Assembly (NCBI GenBank): GCA_963934665.1
Contig: CAWVZF010000001.1
Coordinates: 1-59,566 of the forward strand
Length of the DNA stretch: 59,566 bases
Reading direction: 5' to 3'
Source of the DNA: an uncultured bacterium
Lineage (GTDB): Bacteria > Gemmatimonadota > Gemmatimonadetes > Longimicrobiales > Gaopeijiaceae
Below are positions 48,789 to 58,402 of the stretch, piece after piece. The notes below the pieces were generated by a model. The model made no database searches, had not been told where the DNA came from, and saw only the letters and a list, made by a program, of their open reading frames with translations. The translations under genes were made by a program, and so were the position numbers. The first letter of the stretch is position 1. Every line of letters begins with the position of its first letter.

Positions 48789-48989
48789 CGTCTCGGCCTG
48801 CGTCCGCGAAGATTGTTCCCCCGCTTAAGCCTAAGAGGAGATTACCGGCTCAATGACGACAACCAAGCATACGGACTTCCTGATACTGTCCGAGGATCTT
48901 GATTCAGTACTTTCCAAACAGATCGAAGGAGTTCGGTATCATGCAGACTGGATTGGGTGTCATGAAGCTGCACAAGACGTGAGGGCCTA

Positions 48990-49961
48990 GTGGAGAGCGC
49001 GACTGCAAGGCAAGAAAACGATCTATTAACCAAGGTCTCGGAAGCGGTTCACGAGCGGGTTGTCGGGCAAGATCATGCTGTAGAGGGTCTTCTTGTCGGG
49101 CTCCTGACCGGGGGGCATGTGTTGCTTGAAGGTCTGCCAGGCCTCGCTAAGACACTTATGGTTCGCACACTAGCTGAAGCAATTCGAACTGGATTTCGCA
49201 GAATCCAATTCACCCCTGACCTGTTGCCAACCGATATCGTTGGTACTCCAGTTTTTGATCAGGGAACTGGAGACTTCAGGGTCCACAAGGGGCCGATCTT
49301 CTCAAATATCATTCTGGCTGATGAGATCAATCGTGCACCACCCAAGGTGCAAGCTGCCTTGTTAGAAGCGATGGAAGAGCGGCAGGTCACAATCGCAGGA
49401 GAGACACACCCGCTGGACTCCCCGTTCATGGTGCTAGCGACTCAAAACCCGGTCGAACTGCACGGAACATATCCGCTAGCTGAGGCACAGCTTGATCGCT
49501 TTGCTTTGAAGATTGATATCAGCCACCCGTCCCGAGACGAAGAAAAAATGATTGTTCGCCGTGTCGCGAGCACAAATTCTCAGTCGATCGAAGCTGTTGC
49601 GACAGTCGAACAGATTTTAGTTGCTCGTGCTGAGGTCGCTGCAGTCCACCTAGATGAAAAAGTCCTCGACTATGTCGTCGAGCTCGCTTTCGCTACCAGA
49701 GAACCAGGAGTGTATGGATTAGAAGATCTTGAGGACTTGATCGATTTCGGTACGTCCCCACGTGCGACGATCTTTCTGACCCGGACAGCCCGTGCCCGCG
49801 CGTACCTGAGAGGTAGAGATTTTGTGCTCCCTGATGATGTTAAAGCAATGGCGCCGCTTGTTCTGAGGCACCGGCTGAGGACTACGTATGAAGCAGACGC
49901 CCGGGGCATAGACACTGGGGAGATTATGCGGCGGGTGCTCGGGGCCGTTCCAACCCCCTGA
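48990..49961 (+). CDS. MoxR-family AAA+ ATPase
   Basis: Walker A context GHVLLEGLPGLAKT, Walker B ILADEINRAPPKVQAALLEAMEE, then VLATQNP. GTG start. Confidence 0.9.
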   Translation: MESATARQENDLLTKVSEAVHERVVGQDHAVEGLLVGLLTGGHVLLEGLPGLAKTLMVRTLAEAIRTGFRRIQFTPDLLPTDIVGTPVFDQGTGDFRVHKGPIFSNIILADEINRAPPKVQAALLEAMEERQVTIAGETHPLDSPFMVLATQNPVELHGTYPLAEAQLDRFALKIDISHPSRDEEKMIVRRVASTNSQSIEAVATVEQILVARAEVAAVHLDEKVLDYVVELAFATREPGVYGLEDLEDLIDFGTSPRATIFLTRTARARAYLRGRDFVLPDDVKAMAPLVLRHRLRTTYEADARGIDTGEIMRRVLGAVPTP

Positions 49962-49966
49962 AGGCT

Positions 49967-50872
49967 GTGGACGGCGAACGAGTATTTTCCAAAGAGGTAA
50001 CTGCGTGGTTGCGGCGTATCGAGTTGCGCACCCGTGGACTGGTAGAGTCGCTATTTAGCGGAGAGTATCGGTCGGTTTTTAAGGGACGTGGGATGGAGTT
50101 CTCAGATGTTCGGGAATACCAACCGGGTGACGATGTGCGGGCGATTGACTGGAATGTTACCGCTCGGCGTGGTCGTGTTTTTATCAAAGAGCATGTTGAG
50201 GAGCGGGAACTCAGTGTTCTTCTGATTGTTGATTGCTCAGCATCCAAGGATTTTGGGACAGGGCTTAAGCCAAATGTGGTGATCGCCTCCGAGATCGCAG
50301 GGATCCTTGCACTAGCGGCCACGGACAACAACGATCGCGTTGGCCTACTAATTGTGACCGACCGCGTGGAACTCTACATCCCTCCGGATAGTGGTCGCAG
50401 CCATGCTATGCGCTTGGTATTAGACCTCCTCTCATTTCGTCCTTCTGGGAAAGGCACCAAGCTTTCATGTGCACTCGAGTATGCATCCAAGGTTCTTCAC
50501 CAAAGGACTGCAGTCTTCCTAGTCAGTGATTTTTTGTTAGGTGAAAAATCGGATTCCCCATTCATGTCGGACGCAAGGCGCTTCAGTCGCGAACATGACC
50601 TGATTCCAATTCGAGTCACAGATCCAGGAGGAGCGACCTTACCCGATGTTGGTCTGCTGGCCCTCGCTGATCCGGAGACGGGTATAAGGCGGGTCCTGAA
50701 TACAAGCGACAAGCTCGTGCGCCAGGATTATGCAGAGAGGCGATTAGGCCAGAGGGCTGAGATTGATAAGCTTTTCCGCCAGCTCCAGACGGATGTAGTT
50801 GAGGTTACATCAACGGAAGACTATGTCCTGCCATTGATCAGGTTCTTTCGTCGCCGAGAACGAATCGCATGA
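49967..50872 (+). CDS. DUF58 (VWA-fold) protein, MoxR partner
   Basis: DUF58 signature GEYRSVFKGRGMEFSDVREYQPGDDVRAIDWNVTAR. Confidence 0.85.
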   Translation: MDGERVFSKEVTAWLRRIELRTRGLVESLFSGEYRSVFKGRGMEFSDVREYQPGDDVRAIDWNVTARRGRVFIKEHVEERELSVLLIVDCSASKDFGTGLKPNVVIASEIAGILALAATDNNDRVGLLIVTDRVELYIPPDSGRSHAMRLVLDLLSFRPSGKGTKLSCALEYASKVLHQRTAVFLVSDFLLGEKSDSPFMSDARRFSREHDLIPIRVTDPGGATLPDVGLLALADPETGIRRVLNTSDKLVRQDYAERRLGQRAEIDKLFRQLQTDVVEVTSTEDYVLPLIRFFRRRERIA

Positions 50873-51900
50873 TGAAGAGAATGCATCTTATCGTGGCTGG
50901 TTCCTGGGTACTGCTGGCTGGGATAACGACGGTATCACTCACGGCCCAAGTATCGCTGGAAGCAACAGGATCACTTTCAGCAGACACCGTAGGCCAGGGT
51001 GATGTCTTCCAACTATACGTTGAAATGCGGGTGCCCTCGGGCAGCGTGGTCTATTTTCCTGACACAGTACCTAGTGCGTTCGGCCTGGAGAGCTTCAGGG
51101 CGGTTGACTGGGAGTCAGAAGCGTTCGGTGATGGGGGGATACTGACACTTGTCTATCCGCTGATTGCCTTTCAAATCGGGTTAGTGCCTGTACCTGGATT
51201 GGATGTGTTTATAGGTCCAGCAAGAGGGACAGAGGGTCCTTCCTTTCATACTGGGTCAGTGATCGGGGAATGGAGTAGCGTGGCTTCTGATTCTGGGCTA
51301 GAGGCACTAGAACGGGTTCCTGTTGCGAGACAAGCTGTTTGGATCGCATCACCAATTCATCCAGACGACATCAGTGCTGGCTTAGAACCAAGGTTGCCTT
51401 CTGATGTATTGGGAGCGAACTGGCACTGGCTCTCCCTTATCGTGATTGTGTCGTTGTCGATCGTGTTTCTCGTAGCCATTACCCCGATGGTGAGGCAAAT
51501 GCTTACGGATCAGGGTGGCCAGGAGGAACTACTCCTAGCTCCCCTAGGTCTAGATCCTGCTTTGGCCCGGTGGCAGGCTGCCCTAGACGAGCTCGATCGA
51601 ATTCTAAGTCTGGGTTTACACCTGAACGAGGACATGGAGGAATTCTACGGTCGTAGTAGCCGAGCAGTGCGCACTTATGTCGAAGGCTTGGATTCAGCTT
51701 GGGGGCCGAGTTTCACAAGTTCGGAGTTGATGGTGCAGCTCCGTAGGGGAGTCAACGGATCTTCAGTCAATCTTTATGGGTCGATGGATATGGCGGAAGT
51801 CGTGAAGTTTAGCCGTCTTCGACCGGATGCGGACTCCGCGGAAAGAGACTGGAGAGTACTAAGGAATTGGGTCAAAGAATCTAGGACTATAGAACCATGA
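50869..51900 (+). CDS. Membrane protein of the Bat-type operon (BatD-like ectodomain, TM, then DUF4381-like tail; tentative)
   Basis: ATGA overlap on both sides. It has a signal peptide, a central TM segment WHWLSLIVIVSLSIVFLVAITPMV, and no catalytic motif. Confidence 0.5.
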   Translation: MMKRMHLIVAGSWVLLAGITTVSLTAQVSLEATGSLSADTVGQGDVFQLYVEMRVPSGSVVYFPDTVPSAFGLESFRAVDWESEAFGDGGILTLVYPLIAFQIGLVPVPGLDVFIGPARGTEGPSFHTGSVIGEWSSVASDSGLEALERVPVARQAVWIASPIHPDDISAGLEPRLPSDVLGANWHWLSLIVIVSLSIVFLVAITPMVRQMLTDQGGQEELLLAPLGLDPALARWQAALDELDRILSLGLHLNEDMEEFYGRSSRAVRTYVEGLDSAWGPSFTSSELMVQLRRGVNGSSVNLYGSMDMAEVVKFSRLRPDADSAERDWRVLRNWVKESRTIEP

Positions 51901-52847
51901 GTTTCGAGTTCGGACAACCGAGCTTCCTAGCTCTCCTCGGCCTATTGCCCGTGTGGTGGTGGTGGGTGCGACCTAAGGGTCTTGCTGGACTACTCATAGC
52001 TCGCGGGGAGCCAGCTGAAGCGCTCGCACTTCGGGGCTGGAAAGCCCGCATGTTAGAGACCTCGCCAAATGCGATGCGCTTAGCCGCACTCGGATTCCTC
52101 GTCCTAGCGCTTTGTCAGCCACGAATTGTCCGGACTCTGGAGGAACCACTCACTGAGGGAGTAGGAATCGCGTTCGCGATCGATCTGTCGACTTCGATGT
52201 GGGCGGCAGACATGGCGGAGCGAACAACTAGACTGCAAGCCGCAAAGGCTACCGTTCTTCGTTTTCTTGAAAATCGGGAAGATGATGTCGGCTTGGTTTC
52301 TTTTGCAGGCGAATCTCTGATCAGGTTGCCCGTGACCCACGACGTGTATGTAGTCGAGATGGCTGTGGATGAGATGGAGGTTGGTCTGCTAACTGACGGT
52401 ACTGATATAGCCGGGGCGATTGCTGCCGGGGCTGGGCTCCTGAGGGATACCCCCCATACATCTAAGGTTCTCATCCTTGTAACGGATGGTGCTCATAACA
52501 AAGCTGGGATCATCCCGGCAGTCGCAGCTCGAGCAGCAGCAGCATTTGATGTGAAGGTTTACCCGATCGCGATCGGTGATGAACAGGGACCGCGAGCGGC
52601 TGTGAATGAGATGGAGACTGTCCTAACACAAACCGCTCGAATTACGGGCGGGCGTTATTTCCGGGCTACAGATGTGGAGGCGCTGGAAGCTATCTATGAT
52701 GAAATTGACAGGCTTGAGGTAGCATCAGAAGTCATTACAGAACGCGAGGAATCGGTCCCGCTTGGGCTGTGGCTTGTGATAGGGTCGATGGTGTTCTTGG
52801 CAGGAGCAAACACGCTTCGTGGCTCACGTTGGGGTGTGTTACCGTGA
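51897..52847 (+). CDS. batA: VWA-domain membrane protein (BatA-like)
   Basis: Two N-terminal TM segments, MIDAS-like AIDLSTSM, VTDGAHN, and a C-terminal TM segment. Confidence 0.8.
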   Translation: MSFEFGQPSFLALLGLLPVWWWWVRPKGLAGLLIARGEPAEALALRGWKARMLETSPNAMRLAALGFLVLALCQPRIVRTLEEPLTEGVGIAFAIDLSTSMWAADMAERTTRLQAAKATVLRFLENREDDVGLVSFAGESLIRLPVTHDVYVVEMAVDEMEVGLLTDGTDIAGAIAAGAGLLRDTPHTSKVLILVTDGAHNKAGIIPAVAARAAAAFDVKVYPIAIGDEQGPRAAVNEMETVLTQTARITGGRYFRATDVEALEAIYDEIDRLEVASEVITEREESVPLGLWLVIGSMVFLAGANTLRGSRWGVLP

Positions 52848-53875
52848 CCTTCTCTCATCCTGCACTGTTGGCGTTGGCTCCGATCATCGTATTGGTAGTC
52901 GGGATAGCTCTGGCTGCCCAATGGCGCAGATACCGGAGGCTTGAAGAGGCCTTCGGCGGGAGAAGGGCGGCGAGTAGGCTGACGTCGATCGACTTGCACA
53001 GGTTTCCCAAGAGTCGGCTGTCATGCCTCATTGCAGTAAGCCTGGCATTGACCATAGCGGCTGCGGGCCCGCACATCGACTTTGGCTCGACGCTGGATCC
53101 TGAACAACCGGTAGATCTTGTGGTTGCAGTAGATGTTTCCCTTTCAATGACTGGGGATGACGTTACTCCAAGCCGGTTAGATCGTGCCAAGGAAGTCGTG
53201 AATGCAATAACTGAGTCTTTGACGGAAGAGCGGATCGGACTCGCTATTTTCGCAGACTGGCCGTATACCGTGCTTCCGATGACGGACGATCCCGAACTCG
53301 TGCGATTTTTTACGGCATCGCTTGCCCCGGATCTGATCGAAGAGCGTGACCAGGGCACTTCACTCTCCCTGGTGATCAAGCACTCGATAGAGATGCTTAA
53401 TGCACGCCACAGGCCGGAAGCTCAACAAGCAATTCTTTTGATCACTGACGGCGAGGGCCATGAAGACCCGGCCTTGATTCTAGATTCGGTTGCCGTTGCA
53501 ACAGACATGGGTATTCGTGTTTGGACGGCGGGTGTAGGTACTAGTGCAGGCTCGAGCCTAATGACCGAAGGAGACGATCCGGTTCTGGTGCTTGGGGATG
53601 ACGGTGAGCCTATCGTATCACGTTTGAATGAAGATTTACTCCGAAGTATCGCGACCGCAGGAGGTGGTAGCTATCACGATGTTCGTGGGGCGGCAGGGCT
53701 ACGTAACCTGCAGGCTCGCTTTCGGAGAGCAGAGACTGCCTCGGCTCTAGGTGGAGAACCTGTGGGACTAGCACTCTGGATTCTCTTACTTGCAGTGCCG
53801 CTTCTATTCCTGGAAGGAAAGATGGATGCAGGCGGAGTCATAGAGTCTCCTCGCCTCAATGAGCCAAGAACGTGA
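52844..53875 (+). CDS. batB: VWA-domain membrane protein (BatB-like)
   Basis: Start set at GTG 52844 (GTGA overlap). MIDAS AVDVSLSM, ITDGEGHED, and a C-terminal TM segment. Confidence 0.8.
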   Translation: MTFSHPALLALAPIIVLVVGIALAAQWRRYRRLEEAFGGRRAASRLTSIDLHRFPKSRLSCLIAVSLALTIAAAGPHIDFGSTLDPEQPVDLVVAVDVSLSMTGDDVTPSRLDRAKEVVNAITESLTEERIGLAIFADWPYTVLPMTDDPELVRFFTASLAPDLIEERDQGTSLSLVIKHSIEMLNARHRPEAQQAILLITDGEGHEDPALILDSVAVATDMGIRVWTAGVGTSAGSSLMTEGDDPVLVLGDDGEPIVSRLNEDLLRSIATAGGGSYHDVRGAAGLRNLQARFRRAETASALGGEPVGLALWILLLAVPLLFLEGKMDAGGVIESPRLNEPRT

Positions 53876-54669
53876 ATAGCTCCAAGATGGATTTTGTGTT
53901 CGGAGCCTCATGGCTGCGCGTGACAGTGATATCTGTGACGCTCTCCGGTCTCGTCTTTACATGGACGAATGAGCGCAAGAGTGTTGAGCGCGCTAATCGG
54001 CTCCATCGGACTGGAAACTTGCCAAAAGCCGTAGCGGTTTATCAGAACAGAATAGACTCGGATTCATTACGCCTAGGCCTCCGATACAATCTCGGTACAA
54101 GCTTGCTTGAACTTGGAAGTGCCAGAGCTGAAGAGGAATTAGCTTTCGGCGTGGAGAGCAATGACAATCAAGTCACGAAGCTCGCACTCTATAACCTGGG
54201 TGTGTCGCGCCTTATCCGAGCTGTTTCAGCCGAGAATGTTGACTCGATGATAATCCATGCTCGTGCATCGGTCCAAGCCAACCGCAATACACTCCGCTTA
54301 AGTCCTGATCAGGCTGACGCCAAATGGAATCTCTCGATGGCTCAGCGACTGCTGGATTCCATCGACGCTGCGAATAGACGAGCGGGCAGGGTGACAGCTG
54401 AAGGCCCTGCAGATCTAGATGAACTCGTGCCCGCAGAAAATATGCTTGAGGGGGAAGAGGAAGATCCAAGGCAGGGGTTCGCACCACTAGAAGGAGATGA
54501 TGAAAGCCTAGCCGAATTGAGCGAGGAACAACCTCTCTCTTTTGCTGAAGCTGCTGAGATTCTTGGAGTAACGAGGCTTGACGGGGCTGCGATTATGAGG
54601 AAACTGCTCGCTCTTGAGAGCAGGGCCAGATGGGGCAGGCAACTTGGTAGGGTGGGACCAAAGCGTTAA
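53872..54669 (+). CDS. TPR-like membrane-anchored protein (BatC-like)
   Basis: GTGA overlap with batB. It has an N-terminal TM segment, helical repeat-like sequence and an acidic tail. The assignment rests mainly on operon position. Confidence 0.5.
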   Translation: MNSSKMDFVFGASWLRVTVISVTLSGLVFTWTNERKSVERANRLHRTGNLPKAVAVYQNRIDSDSLRLGLRYNLGTSLLELGSARAEEELAFGVESNDNQVTKLALYNLGVSRLIRAVSAENVDSMIIHARASVQANRNTLRLSPDQADAKWNLSMAQRLLDSIDAANRRAGRVTAEGPADLDELVPAENMLEGEEEDPRQGFAPLEGDDESLAELSEEQPLSFAEAAEILGVTRLDGAAIMRKLLALESRARWGRQLGRVGPKR

Positions 54670-54680
54670 GCCGATTGACT

Positions 54681-56909
54681 TTAGTGAATTCGTAACCTTG
54701 CTCCTATGAGCATCCGCCGAGGCAGCCCAGGGGTGAAGAATCTTTCGATCTCTTTTGATGGACCACGGACATTTGGAGAGATCAGCCCAAAGGGATTATA
54801 CGATTGGTCAAGTAGATTCTTTACCTCTGCATAGAGTGTAGCAGACCCCACTACTCTACTGATATCCAGGTTCAGCAGGGCGTAGCCAGCAAGTTTTCCG
54901 AAGTTTCCGTTGTTGCCCTCATCGCCCACAAGGAATCGTTCACCCACATAATGGAGTGAAAGGTCTGATTGGTATTCACCTCTTTCATAGCTGATAGCTA
55001 GGCCAGCGGTGAAAGCTGGGATCAAGGGGAAGCGGTCTCCTGGCTCAACGACTGGGGCGGGAAGGATTTGATCTGGATCTGGATCTTCCTCTTCCTCTTC
55101 CTCCCCCTCCAGGAAGGGGGCTGCCAACGTTGCGTGAGTTTCAAACGTAGCACGAGTCCACGCGATTGATCCTTGGATGCTCGCTCCTGGAAGTATTGGG
55201 ATTGATTTGATCGTCATCGAACCCTCTAGGCCAATACGCCGTGTGCCTTCAAGATTCGTGAAGAACCCACGCGTTGGTTGTTCTGGGTCGACCACGCTGA
55301 AAAGATCGTTGTGAACTTCAGACCAGTACGCCGTAACGCTTGTGCTCATCTGGCCACGCTCAGTTCGGAAACCTGCTTGCCAAGAGTCAGTCGTGACGGG
55401 ATCCAATGGAGGGTCGGCACCAAGTTCGAAAGGAAGCGGGCAGGGGTCCTCTGGGTCAGCGCATGTGATTTCGAGGATCACCGGTGCCCGAAACCCTCGA
55501 GCGTAGCCCGCGAATAATCTCACACCAGGTAAGGTTTCACGGCTGACGCCGAGGGCGCCTGTGATTTGATTGAATTCGTTATCGCCATTGTGTTCCGGGT
55601 CTAGAAAGTCTCTAAAGGGTACGCTTACATGATCAAAGCGGAGAGAGCTGTGAAGAGCTGTTCGTCGGTCTGCTCGCCAAAAGAGATCTGTATAAAGCCC
55701 CAGGTTATTCTCATTGGTACCGGCGAGTTCCGTTGTCTTTTTCTCTATGTCAGGGAAAGCGCGATTAGGTAACTCCAAGATCTCGATATCAACATCGTTT
55801 CTAGCTACATCGATGCCAGTTGCGATTCTTACATCAGGGTTGGGTTCGTATCTGACTTGTAGCGCACCACCTCCTGAAGCGATTCCGGTTAGTCCCATCG
55901 CATCTGCCTCGGTGACATTATCATTGAATTGATTGAAGTCTGTGAAGCGAGCGAAACCAGAAAGACTAATCTCCAGCGCCGAGTTCAGGGTGTGTTCAAG
56001 GTGTGCATTAAAGAAGTGCAGCCGCGGTCGAAAGTAATCCCCATTACCTCCTGTATATTGAAGTTCTCTGCGGTCTGTGGGTGGTGACGAGATATCTGGC
56101 GGCAGTGCCCCACCCTCAAGCCAAGACTCTGGAAGTGCCTGGGGACCTTCAATGGAATCCGATGATAGCGTATACGAGATCCAGGCGTCGGATCGAACGC
56201 CCCTTTTGCCCACTTTTATGAAAGCCTGGAGCTGTTGGGCATGGTTTTTCATTCGCCATCCATCGGTTTGACGGTACGACAGGCGACTGTAGAGGTCGAA
56301 GCCGGCAGCCTCTCCGGATGCTAGAAGTGAGCCTCCAAGATCCCCGAAATCACCACCGAACACTTCTAGCTCTACTTGACTGTCTCCAAGCCCTCGGCGG
56401 GTGACCAGGTTAAGGGCGCCCGCCAAAGAGTTCTTCCCGAAGTTGCCAGCTGGTCCTCGTACAAGTTCCACCCGCTCCAAATCACGCATAGGCAGTAAAT
56501 TGAAATGCACTTGAGCTGCGTCGGCTTCGTTTACCCGCACGCCGTCTACGAAGACACTGATGCTCTGAGGAAGGCCTACAACCGGAGAAACGCTAAACCC
56601 TCGAAGGCGAAGATCCGGCTGGAATGGGCTTCCTACTTGGTCGCCTAAACTTACACCCGGAAGGTTTTCGAGGACTTCAGCTACTGAGTGATGGGCCCGC
56701 TCGATACGGTTTCGGTTAATCATATCTACCGGAAACGGAGCTTCCACAATCGGGATGATGCCCGCCCGCATTCTGGCCACCTCAACTCGGACACCCGAAA
56801 GTGCGATAACACTGTCCGTGGGGATGGTGTCTGGGGGTTCCTGTGCATCTGCAGGAAGATGCATAGCAGCAAAGCTGCCTATGAATAGGATTGTCTGGAG
56901 AACCCGCAT
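54681..56909 (-). CDS. TonB-dependent outer-membrane receptor
   Basis: Signal peptide, plug-domain blocks (VAEVLENLPGVSL, DLRLRGFS, VFVDGVRVNE), and a long beta-barrel region. Confidence 0.85.
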   Translation of the reverse strand: MRVLQTILFIGSFAAMHLPADAQEPPDTIPTDSVIALSGVRVEVARMRAGIIPIVEAPFPVDMINRNRIERAHHSVAEVLENLPGVSLGDQVGSPFQPDLRLRGFSVSPVVGLPQSISVFVDGVRVNEADAAQVHFNLLPMRDLERVELVRGPAGNFGKNSLAGALNLVTRRGLGDSQVELEVFGGDFGDLGGSLLASGEAAGFDLYSRLSYRQTDGWRMKNHAQQLQAFIKVGKRGVRSDAWISYTLSSDSIEGPQALPESWLEGGALPPDISSPPTDRRELQYTGGNGDYFRPRLHFFNAHLEHTLNSALEISLSGFARFTDFNQFNDNVTEADAMGLTGIASGGGALQVRYEPNPDVRIATGIDVARNDVDIEILELPNRAFPDIEKKTTELAGTNENNLGLYTDLFWRADRRTALHSSLRFDHVSVPFRDFLDPEHNGDNEFNQITGALGVSRETLPGVRLFAGYARGFRAPVILEITCADPEDPCPLPFELGADPPLDPVTTDSWQAGFRTERGQMSTSVTAYWSEVHNDLFSVVDPEQPTRGFFTNLEGTRRIGLEGSMTIKSIPILPGASIQGSIAWTRATFETHATLAAPFLEGEEEEEEDPDPDQILPAPVVEPGDRFPLIPAFTAGLAISYERGEYQSDLSLHYVGERFLVGDEGNNGNFGKLAGYALLNLDISRVVGSATLYAEVKNLLDQSYNPFGLISPNVRGPSKEIERFFTPGLPRRMLIGARLRIH

Positions 56910-56999
56910 TCTATCTACTTGTGCTTGTCTCAGCCTTAGTACCAGATAGGGACGTCGAAGAGCTTGCTGCTACTTAATTAATCAGTGTTCAGTTGAGAG

Positions 57000-57059
57000 A
57001 AGGGACCCTCGCCAGAAGGTCCCTTAAGGGCAAGGGGCTGTGGATGAATCCATAGCCCT
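57000..57059. other. Two adjacent stem-loops in the divergent intergenic region
   Basis: AAGGGACC (57000-57007) pairs with GGTCCCTT (57018-57025). GGGCTGTGGAT (57035-57045) pairs with ATCCATAGCCC (57048-57058); one pair is G.U on the + strand and A.C on the - strand. Confidence 0.4.
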
Positions 57060-57289
57060 GTCTTGATCAGTGAGTATCTCCCCTAGATATCTGGTCGGGG
57101 CTAGTTAGGTGTTACTTCATCTGGTCACTCCCCCATTGCGCCCGTCAGGCGGAATCCAGGGATGTCCTCGAATGACCCGCCGCATCCCTGGCTCATGATG
57201 GCCGACTCGAGGGGACGGCTGTCGCTTGCACAACGCCGCTCCGTACCGTCACTTGAGGCAAGGGTGCCCACTGCCTTGGGAGGACGTTG

Positions 57290-58402
57290 ATGAACGCCAC
57301 GCGGATGACCCGTTTCTTCTTATTGTTCCTGGGAGTGTCGCTCCTCGGGACACCGCTCTCGGCTCAGAAGGTCCCACGCCTCGACTCCTACGACGGGGTT
57401 GTTGTCCGGATCCTGCAGAGCAACAACGCCGGCAACGTCCAACACATCATCGACCCGTTGACGAACGAGGTCGTAGGCGTCATCGAGGGTTGTCCCAGGC
57501 CTCATAATCTCTTCGCCCACCCGGAGGGGCTCTACTACTACTGCACAAGCGAGGTGGAGAATACGCTCGACGTCTATGATACCCGCTCATTGCAGCTCGT
57601 CGAGCAGCTCCCGCTCACAGCTCGGCCGAACAAGGCGGCGATCAACAAAAAGCATCGCAAGATCTACGTCGGTATCGCCGCCGCGCCTTTCGTCGACGTG
57701 TTCAGCCTGGACACACACGAGAAGCTCGGGAGCGTTCCCGTTACGACGGGAATCCACAACGTGTACGTGAGTCCGGATGGGAACTGGGTCCTCGCGGGAC
57801 TGAACGCGCGTAGCGAGAACTCGATCGAGGTCATCGACCCGAACATCGACGAGGTCGTCCGAACGCTCTCGCTCGTCGATGACCAAGGCGTGCACCACAC
57901 CGTGCGGCCGATGGCGTTTCTGGCGGGGGACGACGGCTCGACCGACAAGTTGTTCGCACACGGCTCCGGCGTGAACGGCATCTGGGTGCTCGACTGGGAG
58001 ACGGGTGAGAAAGAGCGGATGCTCTTCCCGCCACCGCTCCCGGCGTGGCAGCGCAACGCAGATGGAAACCAAGGAGCGCCGATGCACGGCCTCGAGGTCC
58101 TCCCCGACCGCTCTGCCGTGTGGGCCTCGAGCCGGCTCGACAGCCGCATCTACGGCTGGTCGCTCCCTGACTACGAGTTCCTTGGCGGGATCGAGGTCGG
58201 GCCAACCGCGAACTGGATGACGTCGACGCCCGACAGCAAGTATATGTACGTCGCGGTGTCCGGGTCCGACTACACGATCGCGATCGACCTCCGTACCCAT
58301 GAGATCGTCGCTAAGATGCAGACCGGCGCACGGCCCGCCCGGATCGACGTCGCGATCCTTCCGCCCGACCGAGTGAACGATCGCGGGAGCCGCAACCGAT
58401 GA
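57290..58402 (+). CDS. Exported YVTN/YncE-like beta-propeller protein
   Basis: ATG 57290 lies 5 nt after GGGAGGA. Signal peptide MNATRMTRFFLLFLGVSLLGTPLSAQ. Repeated strand patterns are present (KIYVGIAAAPFVDVFSLDTHEKL, NVYVSPDGNWVLAG, YMYVAVSGSDYTIAIDLRTHEIV). Confidence 0.7.
   Translation: MNATRMTRFFLLFLGVSLLGTPLSAQKVPRLDSYDGVVVRILQSNNAGNVQHIIDPLTNEVVGVIEGCPRPHNLFAHPEGLYYYCTSEVENTLDVYDTRSLQLVEQLPLTARPNKAAINKKHRKIYVGIAAAPFVDVFSLDTHEKLGSVPVTTGIHNVYVSPDGNWVLAGLNARSENSIEVIDPNIDEVVRTLSLVDDQGVHHTVRPMAFLAGDDGSTDKLFAHGSGVNGIWVLDWETGEKERMLFPPPLPAWQRNADGNQGAPMHGLEVLPDRSAVWASSRLDSRIYGWSLPDYEFLGGIEVGPTANWMTSTPDSKYMYVAVSGSDYTIAIDLRTHEIVAKMQTGARPARIDVAILPPDRVNDRGSRNR

Noticed and set aside
48853-48984. 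43-codon + strand ORF (MTTTKHTDFLILSEDLDSV...) between amidase 3 and moxR, preceded by AGGAG. The 63-aa minus-strand ORF 48842-49033 is also considered here.
   Set aside because: There is no hydrophobic segment, Cys pattern or family resemblance, and the region more likely holds the moxR operon promoter. Conservation cannot be assessed here.
52855-53379. 174-aa minus-strand ORF. Similar antisense ORFs lie at 20507-20971, 9079-9513, 1424-1891 and 31511-31930.
   Set aside because: All are antisense to well-supported genes (batB, pfkA, NSS, ligA, amidohydrolase) and are low-complexity Ser/Arg/Ala-rich translations.
56910-57120. Riboswitch (cobalamin or TPP) or Fur box in front of the TonB receptor.
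   Set aside because: I read the minus-strand leader by eye. It has no B12 box (GCCACTG-type), no TPP CUGAGA/ACCUGA core and no 19-bp Fur consensus, only generic hairpins. A covariance-model scan is still needed.
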